From positions 736,001-800,000 of the forward strand of contig CAWIXE010000001.1 in NCBI GenBank assembly GCA_963840035.1: DNA of 64,000 bases. Reading direction: 5' to 3'. The notes under the pieces are model-generated. The model ran no database searches. It was not told the DNA's origin and saw only the letters and a list, made by a program, of their open reading frames with translations. This DNA is from a candidate division FCPU426 bacterium (GTDB lineage Bacteria > Oederibacteriota > PGYV01 > Palsa-1178). How positions within the stretch are numbered: the stretch's first letter is position 1; each line of letters begins with the position of its first letter. A program made the translations under genes and the position numbers. Shown here in pieces: positions 19,403-29,339 of this stretch.

Positions 19403-19471
19403 ACGACGACGACTAAAAAGGCAGCAAAAAATATTTTTGTTTGATTTATGATTCAAATAAAAGGAGACAAG

Positions 19472-20059
19472 ATGAATATTTTAATTGTACTTGCAAGCCA
19501 GAACAAAAACAGTTTTTGTAAAGCCATAGCGCGGACAGCGGCAAAGGCGCTGAAGGAAAAGGGGTGCGGGGTTGTGTTGCATGACCTTTACCTGGAAAAA
19601 TTCCCTCCTGTGCTGGAGGAAGGCGAGGATCAAAGCGGCGCAAAACCTCCCGCTATAATACAGAAGCATTGCAGGGACCTGTCCCGGGCTGACGGGATTA
19701 TAATCGTTCACCCCAACTGGTGGGGCGGGCCTCCGGCTATTCTTAAAGGCTGGATTGACAGGGTCATACGGGCGGGTGTCGCTTATAAGTTTGTAGGGCA
19801 GGACAAAGGCGAAGGCGTGCCTGTGGGACTGCTTGGCGCTAAGAAGGCCATGGTATTTAACACTTCAAATACAAAAGCCATAAGGGAAAAGAAAGTGTTC
19901 GGCGATCCGCTTGAAACCATCTGGAAGAACTGCGTGTTCGGCCTGTGCGGGGTAAAAGATTTTAAAAGAAAGATTTACGGCGTCATAATAACAAGCGCGG
20001 CCGCAGACAGAAAAAAATGGCTGAAGGACGCTGAAAAGACGGTTGTAGGATTTTTTTAA
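19472..20059 (+). CDS. Flavodoxin-like NAD(P)H dehydrogenase (quinone)
   Basis: HDLY, HPNWWGGPPAILKGWIDRV; AGGAG RBS. Confidence 0.9.
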   Translation: MNILIVLASQNKNSFCKAIARTAAKALKEKGCGVVLHDLYLEKFPPVLEEGEDQSGAKPPAIIQKHCRDLSRADGIIIVHPNWWGGPPAILKGWIDRVIRAGVAYKFVGQDKGEGVPVGLLGAKKAMVFNTSNTKAIREKKVFGDPLETIWKNCVFGLCGVKDFKRKIYGVIITSAAADRKKWLKDAEKTVVGFF

Positions 20060-20143
20060 GGGTTTGAAAATTGAAAAGTCAATTTACAAGGTCCGACACC
20101 AGTGAATTCCATATACACTTGAGGTATTTTAATTGTCTTTTTT

Positions 20144-20176
20144 GCAACGTTTTTGGCCGGGGGCGCATTCTATAAT
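20144..20176 (+). promoter_or_regulatory. Shared CAZyme upstream motif, copy 1
   Basis: GCAAC-N15-CGCATT-C-TATAAT. Confidence 0.55.
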
Positions 20177-20187
20177 ATAGAAGAGGC

Positions 20188-23100
20188 ATGATTATGCCTA
20201 AAAAGGGAAGAAACGAGGCCGTGCTTATGAAAAGGTCCCTGATCGCGCTGTTATTCGCGTTCCCGCTCAATTTGTTCGCCGCAACTGCCGGCGTGAGCGT
20301 GGATTACGGTTCTGATATCAATTATTTCTCCCCAGGCGCGGCTTTTTCCATCAATTCCGGCATATGGGACGGCGCAGGCATCGTCCAGGGCAATGCATGG
20401 CAGTTCCAGCGCGCCGGCATCAGGTACATCCGGTTCCCGGGCGGGTCCCACTCCAACAATTATCACTGGAACGGCAGCGGCTATTATGACACGGATAATA
20501 TATGGCATGTGAACGGGAGCCCCTCGCCGTCAGGCTTCGCCGCCGGGTTCGAGGTCAAGCCGGTTTTCAGGGGCACGACATCCCTCATATACGGGCGCAA
20601 GGGGAACGTAACCGATACGGACATGAACACATCGTGGAAGAGTTTCGCCGGCGAGACAGGGCCGCAGTGGATATACCTCAACATACAGACATCCTCCTAT
20701 CAGCCTGTGGTATGCGACAGGGTTGTCATAGAGTGGGGCGCGGACTACGCCGCCCAGTACAAGGTGCAATATTCGAACGCGAACTGGCCGGGTTCGTACG
20801 ACGCGTGGATATATAACGACACGGCATGGAAAGACACGTCGCCGGGGACCCTCAGCGGGACCGGAGGACATGACGACCGTTCATTTTCCGTGGTCAGCGC
20901 GAAGTTCATCAGGATACTATGCCTCGCGCCGTCTCCGGGAACGCAATATGAGATAAAGGACATAAAGGTATACAACGGCGCGGCGCAGGTATCGGTCAAC
21001 AGCGACGACCCGGTAACACAGACCGGTACTGTGACATCCTCCATGTCATATGGCGACCGGCCGGACTGGACGCCGGGTTATGACTTTGAGCGCTTCATGA
21101 CCGTATGCAGGTCGCTTACGCCGGCGGCTGAGCCGCTTATAACAATAAATTTTTTCACAGGCACCACGCAGGAGGCCGCTGACTGGGTGTATTACGCCAA
21201 CGTGGACAAGGGTTATGCAATTAAGTACTGGGAAATAGGGAATGAAAACTGGGGCAACTGGGAGTCGGGCGGCCCGGCAGGCCCCGAATTCTACTCCAGG
21301 AGGTTTGTGGACTTTTATGACGCCATGAAGGCCGTGGACCCGTCGATCACGGTGCTGCCGCAGTTTTGTTCCGCTGATGATCCGTGCAACGTGACATGCA
21401 ACGCATCCGGGAACCCGTCGGGCAGCGACCACTATATCGAGTCGTTCTTAAAGGGGCTCCAGTCCATGGGAAGATCGGACATAATAACCGGGATATCCAT
21501 ACACAGGTACGCGGCATACAACCCGCCGTCCGAGGCCTCTGTGCTTGCAAGCACAAATACATGGGACTTGGAACTCTCGGGCGCGGGGAAGCTTAATGAC
21601 TGGATAAACACATACTGCGGAGGGCCGGAGAAGACAAAAATATGGCTCACCGAATACAATGACGGCATAGACAGCAGGTATACCAACAATTATTACAACA
21701 GCCTTTTCATACCTTTGTTCATGCTCGGTTTTATAAAGAACGGCGGGGATTACGGGTTCTTATTCACGGATTTCGGAAACCCGGGCATGGGCCAGGCCCC
21801 CGGATTATACAGCGACCTTGGCGCCATCGAGAACGGGACCTTAACCGGACAGTACAGCCAGTTTAAGAACCAGCCTCGGTCGTCCTACTGGGGTTTATGG
21901 ATGCTCAACAACAGGTTCGCAGCCGCAGACTCCCTTGGAAATACCCTTGTCTCGTCATCCTCGACCCTGCCTTCTTTCAGGGTTTACGCTGACAAGCGTG
22001 GAGACAGGAAACTATCCGTGATGCTGGTAAATACCGACCCGGTAAACAGCGTGGACGCGAACCTGGCCATAACGGGTTTTACCCCGCTTGCCTCGGCCGA
22101 TGTCATGTCGTTTTCGCCGCAGCAGTACTCATGGGTGTCCACGCAGCTTACATCCCACGCCGATCCGGACCTGGCGCCGGTGGACTCGCAGATAAGCAAC
22201 GCCGCACCCGCTTTTTCCGTGAACGTCCCGGCTTATAACATAAAAATAATAACCATGTACGACGCTTCCAGGGAAACCCTGACGCCCTCCGTCACGCCCA
22301 CGCAGCCGCCCACTCCGACCATATCGCCGACACCGGACGTGAACGCCGGGACAATGCTTGACAACTGCGAGGACGGGAACCTTACGGACTTATGGAACGG
22401 GACATGGTCGGCTTACGGCGACGGGGTATCTTTTTATATGGCTCCGGGCATGACATGCGATGGGGCTGGAGCCGCAGGCACGAACTGTTATTTTAAGATA
22501 ACCGGCACAGTGGCCGCGGGAAACTGGGGTTTCGGGGTAAACTGCACGCTTAGCCCGTCATGGTCGCCGGTGGACCTCTCCGGTTATGACGCTATTGATT
22601 TTTACTTTAAGGGCGACGCCGCATCGCAAAAAAGGATAATACTCTCGGCTTCATCCACGGGCAGCGACTCCGCGCATTACGGATATGATTTCACGGCAAA
22701 TACGGGCTGGACGCGTTATACGATCCCATTTTCGTCGCTCACACAGCCGTCGTGGCTTACCACGCCTGTCGCGTGGACCGGCACTGACATACTCGGGGTG
22801 CAGTTCCAGACGCAGAACAACGGCGGCTATGAGGAAATGTGCGCCGACGAGATATCATTCCGGGTCTTCACCAAAACCCCCACAGCGGTAATCACGGCGA
22901 CATCCACTCCGGCTGTTATCGGGCCCACAGCCACCATAACTCCGACACAAGCGGCATCCGCGCTTATTCCCGGGGCCGGCAAACCCCCGCATATTTACCC
23001 TAACCCGTCAAAAGGCCTGGTCAATGTATTTTTGCCCGATGACAGAGGCGCGGATAAAGTCATAGTTACGCTGTATTCCGGCTCTTTCAGGCTTATACGC

Positions 23101-23247
23101 AGGTCAGAGCATGGCGCAAACCCTGAAAACATATATTCAATGGAGACAAAAGGGCTGGCAAGCGGCTCGTACGTATTGAGGGTAGTCCTGACACGCAAGG
23201 GCAGCACCATATACAGCAGCACGCAGCCGGTCATTGTGATAAAATAA
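20188..23247 (+). CDS. Secreted clan GH-A hydrolase (GH44/51-like) with CBM32-like insert, CBM11-like domain and YPNP tail; start may be 20227
   Basis: IRFPGGS..NYHW, YWEIGNE, WLTEYN; DLSGYDAIDFYFKG; IYPNPSKG. Confidence 0.75.
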   Translation: MIMPKKGRNEAVLMKRSLIALLFAFPLNLFAATAGVSVDYGSDINYFSPGAAFSINSGIWDGAGIVQGNAWQFQRAGIRYIRFPGGSHSNNYHWNGSGYYDTDNIWHVNGSPSPSGFAAGFEVKPVFRGTTSLIYGRKGNVTDTDMNTSWKSFAGETGPQWIYLNIQTSSYQPVVCDRVVIEWGADYAAQYKVQYSNANWPGSYDAWIYNDTAWKDTSPGTLSGTGGHDDRSFSVVSAKFIRILCLAPSPGTQYEIKDIKVYNGAAQVSVNSDDPVTQTGTVTSSMSYGDRPDWTPGYDFERFMTVCRSLTPAAEPLITINFFTGTTQEAADWVYYANVDKGYAIKYWEIGNENWGNWESGGPAGPEFYSRRFVDFYDAMKAVDPSITVLPQFCSADDPCNVTCNASGNPSGSDHYIESFLKGLQSMGRSDIITGISIHRYAAYNPPSEASVLASTNTWDLELSGAGKLNDWINTYCGGPEKTKIWLTEYNDGIDSRYTNNYYNSLFIPLFMLGFIKNGGDYGFLFTDFGNPGMGQAPGLYSDLGAIENGTLTGQYSQFKNQPRSSYWGLWMLNNRFAAADSLGNTLVSSSSTLPSFRVYADKRGDRKLSVMLVNTDPVNSVDANLAITGFTPLASADVMSFSPQQYSWVSTQLTSHADPDLAPVDSQISNAAPAFSVNVPAYNIKIITMYDASRETLTPSVTPTQPPTPTISPTPDVNAGTMLDNCEDGNLTDLWNGTWSAYGDGVSFYMAPGMTCDGAGAAGTNCYFKITGTVAAGNWGFGVNCTLSPSWSPVDLSGYDAIDFYFKGDAASQKRIILSASSTGSDSAHYGYDFTANTGWTRYTIPFSSLTQPSWLTTPVAWTGTDILGVQFQTQNNGGYEEMCADEISFRVFTKTPTAVITATSTPAVIGPTATITPTQAASALIPGAGKPPHIYPNPSKGLVNVFLPDDRGADKVIVTLYSGSFRLIRRSEHGANPENIYSMETKGLASGSYVLRVVLTRKGSTIYSSTQPVIVIK

Positions 23248-23261
23248 GAACACTGGTCGCC

Positions 23262-23328
23262 TCTTAACCCTTAGCCCTTTAAAGCAGGATCTAAGTGCTG
23301 AGGATAAGGGTTAAGTATAAGGATAAGG
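23262..23328. repeat. Hairpin element with CCTTAA/TAAGG repeat arms
   Basis: Shares GCTGAGGATAAGGG with the 56.6 kb array. Confidence 0.7.
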
Positions 23329-23367
23329 AAGGTCCGTTTGGACAGGCGGAACTATCAAACAGGCCGC

Positions 23368-23399
23368 GCAACGGTTTTTGATTTGGCGCATTATATAAT
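23368..23399 (+). promoter_or_regulatory. Shared CAZyme upstream motif, copy 2
   Basis: GCAAC-N14-CGCATT-A-TATAAT. Confidence 0.55.
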
Positions 23400-23432
23400 A
23401 GAGAAGCATATACCTGAAAGGCAGGCGCGGCC

Positions 23433-26105
23433 ATGAAAAAGACCCTTGCGATTTTAATGTTTATTTTGACTTTGTCCGTTTCCGCCTTTGCCAATTACCT
23501 CACAACCAATCCATCCTTTGAAACAGGGAACCTGTCCTCATGGGGATTTTTCTGGATGCGGGACAGCGGGCCCGGTACAGCTTCGGCCTCAAATACATAT
23601 GCCCATACAGGGGCTTACTCTATGGACGTCAATTACCAGGGCTCTCAGGACTGGTCGCTGCCTTATGCCGCGTCAATGACGGTCACCCCGGGCGAGATAT
23701 GGAGCTACTCGGTATGGGTAAAAACTGTCACAAACACCAACAAGGTGGAATTTTCAGTAACAACAAGGGACTCATCGAATAACGTGCTGAACTGGTCGCA
23801 CGCGTATCAGTCCCGTACAGGAGTATTTGACTGGCAGCAGGTGCAGACAACTTTCGTAGTGCCGCCCAACTGCGCCAACATACAGTTCAGGTTCATGGGG
23901 GTTGGCGCGTGCGACGTTTACTTTGACGACGCGGACCTGGAGAGGACCGCTGCGGCTGTCCAGCCCCTGGATATAAGCGGCCAGGTATTCACCATCAGCA
24001 ACGGCGGGACATCGCTGGCCTATAACGGCGCCACCGGCAAGTTCGAAATAAAAAAACAATCATGGCCATCGGGATTCATCATGTCCGGTCCGGGCAACGC
24101 TTCGCTTACCGCCATCACTCCCACGTCAAGTTCCCTGGACATGCGGCTTGAGTCTGGCGCTGTGGTGGACGAACTTGTTTCCATAGATTCCTCAGGCGAC
24201 ATCACCATGAAATTCACCATGTCGGGGCCGGTCATGGGCGACATGGCATTCCCGGGCAGGCTCGAGTCGGCACCGGGCACATCCTGGGTCCTGCCGCAGA
24301 ACGAAGGGCTTTTGATACCTTCCAACGACACGTATTACATGCCGCCTTTTGAAAAATATTTTTACATGGGACACTCTGGCTTTTGCATGCCCATGCTGGG
24401 GTTAACGGACGGCGCCAGGGGGATATTATACATAATAGAAACGCCTGACGACGCCGGGGTGACGTACACGGCGCCGGCGGGCGGGAACACTTCCGCGTGG
24501 CAGGTGGTGTGGCAGCCGTCAAAAGGGGCATTCACATATGACAGGTCCATGAAGGTCCACCTGGAAGACGCGGGCGGGTATGTGTCGCTGGCAAAGGCTT
24601 ACAGGAATTACGCGGCGCTGCACGGCAAGGCAGTGACGCTCCTTCAGAAAAAAGCAGCGAACCCGAACCTTGATCTTTTAATGGGCGCGGCAGACATATG
24701 GTGGTGGCAAAACGCGCCGATTTGGTCGAAGGACTTAAACTGCACAGCAGCGGCAACTGAAATTAAAAACTCGGGATTTGACAGGGTGCTTTGGTCCCAG
24801 GAGGCTTCCGGCCAGGCAGTCGATGACATGAACGCCATGGGTTACCTCACAGGCACCTACGATATTTACCAGGATTCATTTGACCCGGCAAACGGGATAT
24901 CATGGGAACAGACCATAGGCTGGCCCAACGACCTTGTGCGCGACTGGCAGGGAAATATAGTGCCGGGATGGCTGGACATGGTCAATGGCGTCGGATATCA
25001 GGGCGGAAAGATATGCTCGCCAAGGGAAATATACTGGGCGGACACCCGCATACCCGGAAATCTCTCGACGCATAATTACAGGGCGCGGTTCATAGACACG
25101 ACCACGGCCACGGAACTCAACGAATGCTTTGACCCGAACCACCCGACGACCAGGAGCGACGACAGGAACTACAAAGGCCAGCTCCTGGCCAGGATCAAGG
25201 ATTATTACGGCATGATAACAGGCTCGGAGACGGGCATAGACTGGGGAGCGCCATATGTGCACTACTTCGAGGGTATGATGTCCATCGCGGATTACCGCGT
25301 GCCTAACGCCGGTTATGACCTGACCACATACATCGCGCCTTCCGCGGATTACCTGCGTTTTCAGACAGGGCCATTTTACAGGATACCCTTATTCGAGCTT
25401 GTCTACCACGACTGTGTGGTGACCACGTGGTACTGGGGCGACGCAAGCAACCGCATACCCGAGCTGTGGGACGACAAGGACCTGTATAACTGCCTCTACG
25501 GAACGCTTCCATTATATATAATGGATCCGGCCATCTGGGCGTCGAAAAAAACAAGGTTCGTGCAAAGCTTTAACTTAACCACGGCTGTCACGCGCAGGGT
25601 GGGGTATGAGGCCATGACAAAGCACGAATTCATAACAGCGGACCACTCCGTGCAGTGCACGGAATTTTCAGACGGGACAAGGGTGTGCGTGAACTTCGGG
25701 ACAGCGCCGTATACCCTCAATAACGGAATAGTGCTCGCTGCAAAAGGAATGACCATGACCGCGGCAGCAGGGCCCACAGCCACGCCCACGCCAATCATGA
25801 CGCCGACCCCGGCCGCGGGGCTTGCGCCCGAGGCTGGCAAACCCCCGCTGGTTTATCCGAACCCGGCAAAAGGGCACATGAACATATTCCTGCCGGACTC
25901 CAGGTCCTGCACGAAAGTGTCGGTGAGCCTTTACACCGGGTCATTCAGGCTGATAAGCAGGACCGCGCTTGACGCGGCCCCTGAGAACATATATGCCATA
26001 TCCTTGAAGGACATGGCAAACGGATGGTATGTGGTGAATGTGACGCTTGAAAAGGACGGGAAGCAGGTATACTCCAACACCCAGCCTTTTATCGTATTAA
26101 ATTAG
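23433..26105 (+). CDS. Secreted glycoside hydrolase (GH101/129-like) with N-terminal CBM4/9-like domain and YPNP tail
   Basis: NPSFETG, VYFDD; FIDTTTA, GSETG, RIPLFELVYHDCV; VYPNPAKG. Confidence 0.65.
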   Translation: MKKTLAILMFILTLSVSAFANYLTTNPSFETGNLSSWGFFWMRDSGPGTASASNTYAHTGAYSMDVNYQGSQDWSLPYAASMTVTPGEIWSYSVWVKTVTNTNKVEFSVTTRDSSNNVLNWSHAYQSRTGVFDWQQVQTTFVVPPNCANIQFRFMGVGACDVYFDDADLERTAAAVQPLDISGQVFTISNGGTSLAYNGATGKFEIKKQSWPSGFIMSGPGNASLTAITPTSSSLDMRLESGAVVDELVSIDSSGDITMKFTMSGPVMGDMAFPGRLESAPGTSWVLPQNEGLLIPSNDTYYMPPFEKYFYMGHSGFCMPMLGLTDGARGILYIIETPDDAGVTYTAPAGGNTSAWQVVWQPSKGAFTYDRSMKVHLEDAGGYVSLAKAYRNYAALHGKAVTLLQKKAANPNLDLLMGAADIWWWQNAPIWSKDLNCTAAATEIKNSGFDRVLWSQEASGQAVDDMNAMGYLTGTYDIYQDSFDPANGISWEQTIGWPNDLVRDWQGNIVPGWLDMVNGVGYQGGKICSPREIYWADTRIPGNLSTHNYRARFIDTTTATELNECFDPNHPTTRSDDRNYKGQLLARIKDYYGMITGSETGIDWGAPYVHYFEGMMSIADYRVPNAGYDLTTYIAPSADYLRFQTGPFYRIPLFELVYHDCVVTTWYWGDASNRIPELWDDKDLYNCLYGTLPLYIMDPAIWASKKTRFVQSFNLTTAVTRRVGYEAMTKHEFITADHSVQCTEFSDGTRVCVNFGTAPYTLNNGIVLAAKGMTMTAAAGPTATPTPIMTPTPAAGLAPEAGKPPLVYPNPAKGHMNIFLPDSRSCTKVSVSLYTGSFRLISRTALDAAPENIYAISLKDMANGWYVVNVTLEKDGKQVYSNTQPFIVLN

Positions 26106-26179
26106 TTCGCGGCTTTTTAATCTTAATCATATCCTTAATTCTTATGCCGGGCGCTCTATACCATGACCCGTCTTCGTAA

Positions 26180-26369
26180 GCGGGAGCAAGCCCCCGCTCT
26201 ACAGTGTCTTTTGTAGAGAGGCGGCTTGTCCTGCCTCTCACAGTTGGCTATAATGATTTGCCTTTCCCTCGTAGGGGTGATTCACTTGTCCTGAGTTTAT
26301 TGAAGGACGAATCGCCCGCTTTTTGAGCAGGCCATATAAACGCATCCCCTCTCCCTCGAGGGAGAGGGT
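26180..26369. repeat. Cluster of four REP-like palindromes, one carrying a nested insert
   Basis: GTAG-type hairpins at about 26180, 26212 and 26271; CCCTCTCCC type at 26346. Confidence 0.75.
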
Positions 26370-26509
26370 GCTGTAGCGGCACAAACCGCAATAAGGCGAA
26401 CACCGGATTACCGACACCTCAAGCAGGGTCCCGGCGGGATTTTTACGCAAAGTGTGTAGAACAAGAATTGCCTGTCATCACTGACACCTTTATGCAACTC
26501 TGAATACTT

Positions 26510-26538
26510 GCAACCATTCCGGCCTTCACGCATTATAC
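26510..26538 (+). promoter_or_regulatory. Shared CAZyme upstream motif, copy 3
   Basis: GCAAC-N14-CGCATT-ATAC. Confidence 0.5.
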
Positions 26539-26568
26539 AGGTGTAACAACGCCAGGCCGGAGGTTAAA

Positions 26569-29178
26569 ATGAAAAGGATCGGTTTACTCTTTCTTGCAGT
26601 GCTTATCACTGTAAGTTCCCATGCCGCCTTGCTCATCGACGACGCTGAGACGGGTACGGCCGTAAATACGCTCAACGGGAACTGGATAACCTATAATGAC
26701 GGCCATTCATCCGCAACATTTATCCCTGATTCCGCGCCAGCGTACGCTGGAAGTTACAGCAGGCGTATGGACTGGGAGATGATATCCGGCAGTACGGACC
26801 TTTTTGCGGGAACGGCCTGCGGATTGAATTCTTCATGGGCTGCTGTCGACATGAGCGCATATTACGGCCTTCGTTTTTACGCGAAGGGGAGCGGCGATTA
26901 CGCGGTATATGCCGGGGAGGAAGAGACAAGGGCCGATAACAACCACTATTCCGTGTCTATAACCCTGACTTCCTCCTGGAAGCTATACGAACTGCCTTTT
27001 TCCGGATTTGCCCAGACATGGGGGACTCATCAGGTCTGGGACCCCGCGAAAATTTTCTCTATAGGGTTTACCGCCTCCGGGGCGCCGGGCCAGACTGGCG
27101 CGCTGTATTTTGACAATGTGGAATTTTACACGCAGGCGGAAGGCGCGCCCCTGGCCGACCCCAACGTGATTATCCTGCAGCCAAAGGTAAACCAGCTTGG
27201 ATACCTGCCGGCTGAAAAAAAGTATTTTACTGTGGTGACAAATACGGCTTCAGCAAACGACACTTTCAGGATATTTGACGCAGGCGGCAATACCGCCTTT
27301 ACCGGCACGATAACAGGCGCTCCCGTCGACGAAAGGCAGGTTTCCGGCGAAGGCGTATATAAGGCTGATTTTTCAGGGCTGACAGTCCCGGGCACCTACC
27401 ATGCGGAAATAAACGGCATGGAAAGCTTTACCTTCAGGATAGCGGAAAACGTATATGACAAACTTTTCAAAGACGCGCTCAGGTGTTTTTACCTGATACG
27501 CTGCGGTACTTCCGTGGATGACCCCATAACCGGGCTGCAGCGCAACGCCTGCCATACCGCGCCGGACACCATACGCGGAGGAACAGGAACAAGGGACTTA
27601 AGCGGCGGCTGGCACAATGCCGGCGACCTGGGCAAATGGTGCCACGAGGAAGCCATATCATGCTCGTACATGCTCTGGCTTTATGAACTCAAGAAAAGCA
27701 AAATGAAAAATATCAAGAACAGCATACCGGAATCAAATAACGCGGTATCCGACCTTTTAGACGAGGCAAAGTGGGGGCTTGACTGGCTGCTGAAACTGCA
27801 GCTCCCGGATGGCAGCGTATATCATAAGTCTGACACTGAGCCCAATTTCTGTTTCGGCACCAAACCCGACCTGGACCCTTATGTTCGGTACGCCGCGTTT
27901 CAGGGAAAGGACTTTCCACAGACGCCGTCCTCCATAGACGCTGCCGTGTTCGCGGCAGTGATGGCGCAGGCCTCCAGGGTTTATAAGGATATCCTGCCGG
28001 CATACGCCGCGGTCTGCCGTGAGGCAGCACTTAAGTCGTGGAACTGGCTCAAGGACCACAGGGGAGTGTCGTCGACCGACCCGTATTATCTCCAGAACCT
28101 GAGCGCGCCGGGACCCACGGGCTGGATGAATGACCCGGCAGATACATATCAGGAGGAGGAGTGGGCCATGGCCGAGATATACAGGCTCACCGGAGATCCC
28201 ACTGTGCTGTCGCTTTTCGACGCGGACACGAACCTGCATCCCCTCGGGACCATTGCCTGGTGGTCGCCGGAATTCTTCGGCTACTTCTCGCTGTACCAGG
28301 ACCCGAGAACTCCGCAGGCAATAAAGGACAAGATACGCACAAGGATAGACGCGCTGTGCGGCCAGCTTGTAAATACCGCGAACACCGCGGGGTACGGGGT
28401 GGTGAACAGCCTCGGCGATTATTACTGGGAGAGCAATGAGAACGTGATGCATAAGGCGAACAACCTTTTGATGGGATATCTGATAACCGGAAAAACAGCG
28501 TATAAGGATACGGCGCTGGCGCAGCTGGGTTACATACTGGGCAACAACAGCCTGAACATGGTATTTGTCACAAAGGAAGGGACGAACTACAACCAGCACC
28601 CTTATAACTGGATATATTTCGATTACGGCATATTATTCCCGGGCTGGGCTTCCGGCGGGCCCAATGGCAACCTGAGCGCCTACGGCGCGGGGGGCCCTGT
28701 GGACGCGCCGCTTACCGCGCTCATCAAACTGGGCACACCGCCGGCAAAATGCTGGCTGGACGTATGCACGTCATCGGGTTCCTACGCGTCCAACGAGGGC
28801 GAGACCTCGGCAAACGCGGCGCTCGTGTTCCTGTCGGGTTTTTTTTTAAGCAGTGAGGACGCGGAGGCGGGGCTTGACAGGGCCATGCTGCCGGTTGATA
28901 AATCTACGGACGTCGTCGCCTATCCCGTCCCATGCGACATGAGAAAAGGGGCTGCCGGAATAACTTTTGCCAACCTGCCGGCGGGCGCCGAGCTGAGCAT
29001 ATACAACATGAGCGGCGAGCTGGTGCATAAAGCGGAAATAAAAGGGCAGGACGGCATTTATTTCTGGGAATTAAGCGAACTGAGAAGATACAAAAAACTG
29101 GCTGCGGGAGTTTATGTTTATTCCGTAGCGGACAAAAAGGGATATTTTTATAAAGAAAAGATAGCTATCATAAGATGA
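26569..29178 (+). CDS. GH9 cellulase-like enzyme with CBM11-like and Ig-like domains and C-terminal sorting-like domain
   Basis: VNQLGYLP, DLSGGWHNAGD, LLDEAKWGLDWLLK, YILGNN, YASNE; AYPVP...AGVYVY...IAIIR. Confidence 0.85.
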   Translation: MKRIGLLFLAVLITVSSHAALLIDDAETGTAVNTLNGNWITYNDGHSSATFIPDSAPAYAGSYSRRMDWEMISGSTDLFAGTACGLNSSWAAVDMSAYYGLRFYAKGSGDYAVYAGEEETRADNNHYSVSITLTSSWKLYELPFSGFAQTWGTHQVWDPAKIFSIGFTASGAPGQTGALYFDNVEFYTQAEGAPLADPNVIILQPKVNQLGYLPAEKKYFTVVTNTASANDTFRIFDAGGNTAFTGTITGAPVDERQVSGEGVYKADFSGLTVPGTYHAEINGMESFTFRIAENVYDKLFKDALRCFYLIRCGTSVDDPITGLQRNACHTAPDTIRGGTGTRDLSGGWHNAGDLGKWCHEEAISCSYMLWLYELKKSKMKNIKNSIPESNNAVSDLLDEAKWGLDWLLKLQLPDGSVYHKSDTEPNFCFGTKPDLDPYVRYAAFQGKDFPQTPSSIDAAVFAAVMAQASRVYKDILPAYAAVCREAALKSWNWLKDHRGVSSTDPYYLQNLSAPGPTGWMNDPADTYQEEEWAMAEIYRLTGDPTVLSLFDADTNLHPLGTIAWWSPEFFGYFSLYQDPRTPQAIKDKIRTRIDALCGQLVNTANTAGYGVVNSLGDYYWESNENVMHKANNLLMGYLITGKTAYKDTALAQLGYILGNNSLNMVFVTKEGTNYNQHPYNWIYFDYGILFPGWASGGPNGNLSAYGAGGPVDAPLTALIKLGTPPAKCWLDVCTSSGSYASNEGETSANAALVFLSGFFLSSEDAEAGLDRAMLPVDKSTDVVAYPVPCDMRKGAAGITFANLPAGAELSIYNMSGELVHKAEIKGQDGIYFWELSELRRYKKLAAGVYVYSVADKKGYFYKEKIAIIR

Positions 29179-29339
29179 GCAAAGCGCGGCGCTGATTTTT
29201 ACAAACCCTGCCTGTGATTAAATGAGGATGAATTCACATTAAGGATTTAAGCCGGGTTTCATCCAAACACCATACCCCGGATTCAAGCCGCCTATTATGC
29301 GGTTTTTATTTTTTCTGTGAACAGCAATAAATCATGCGG

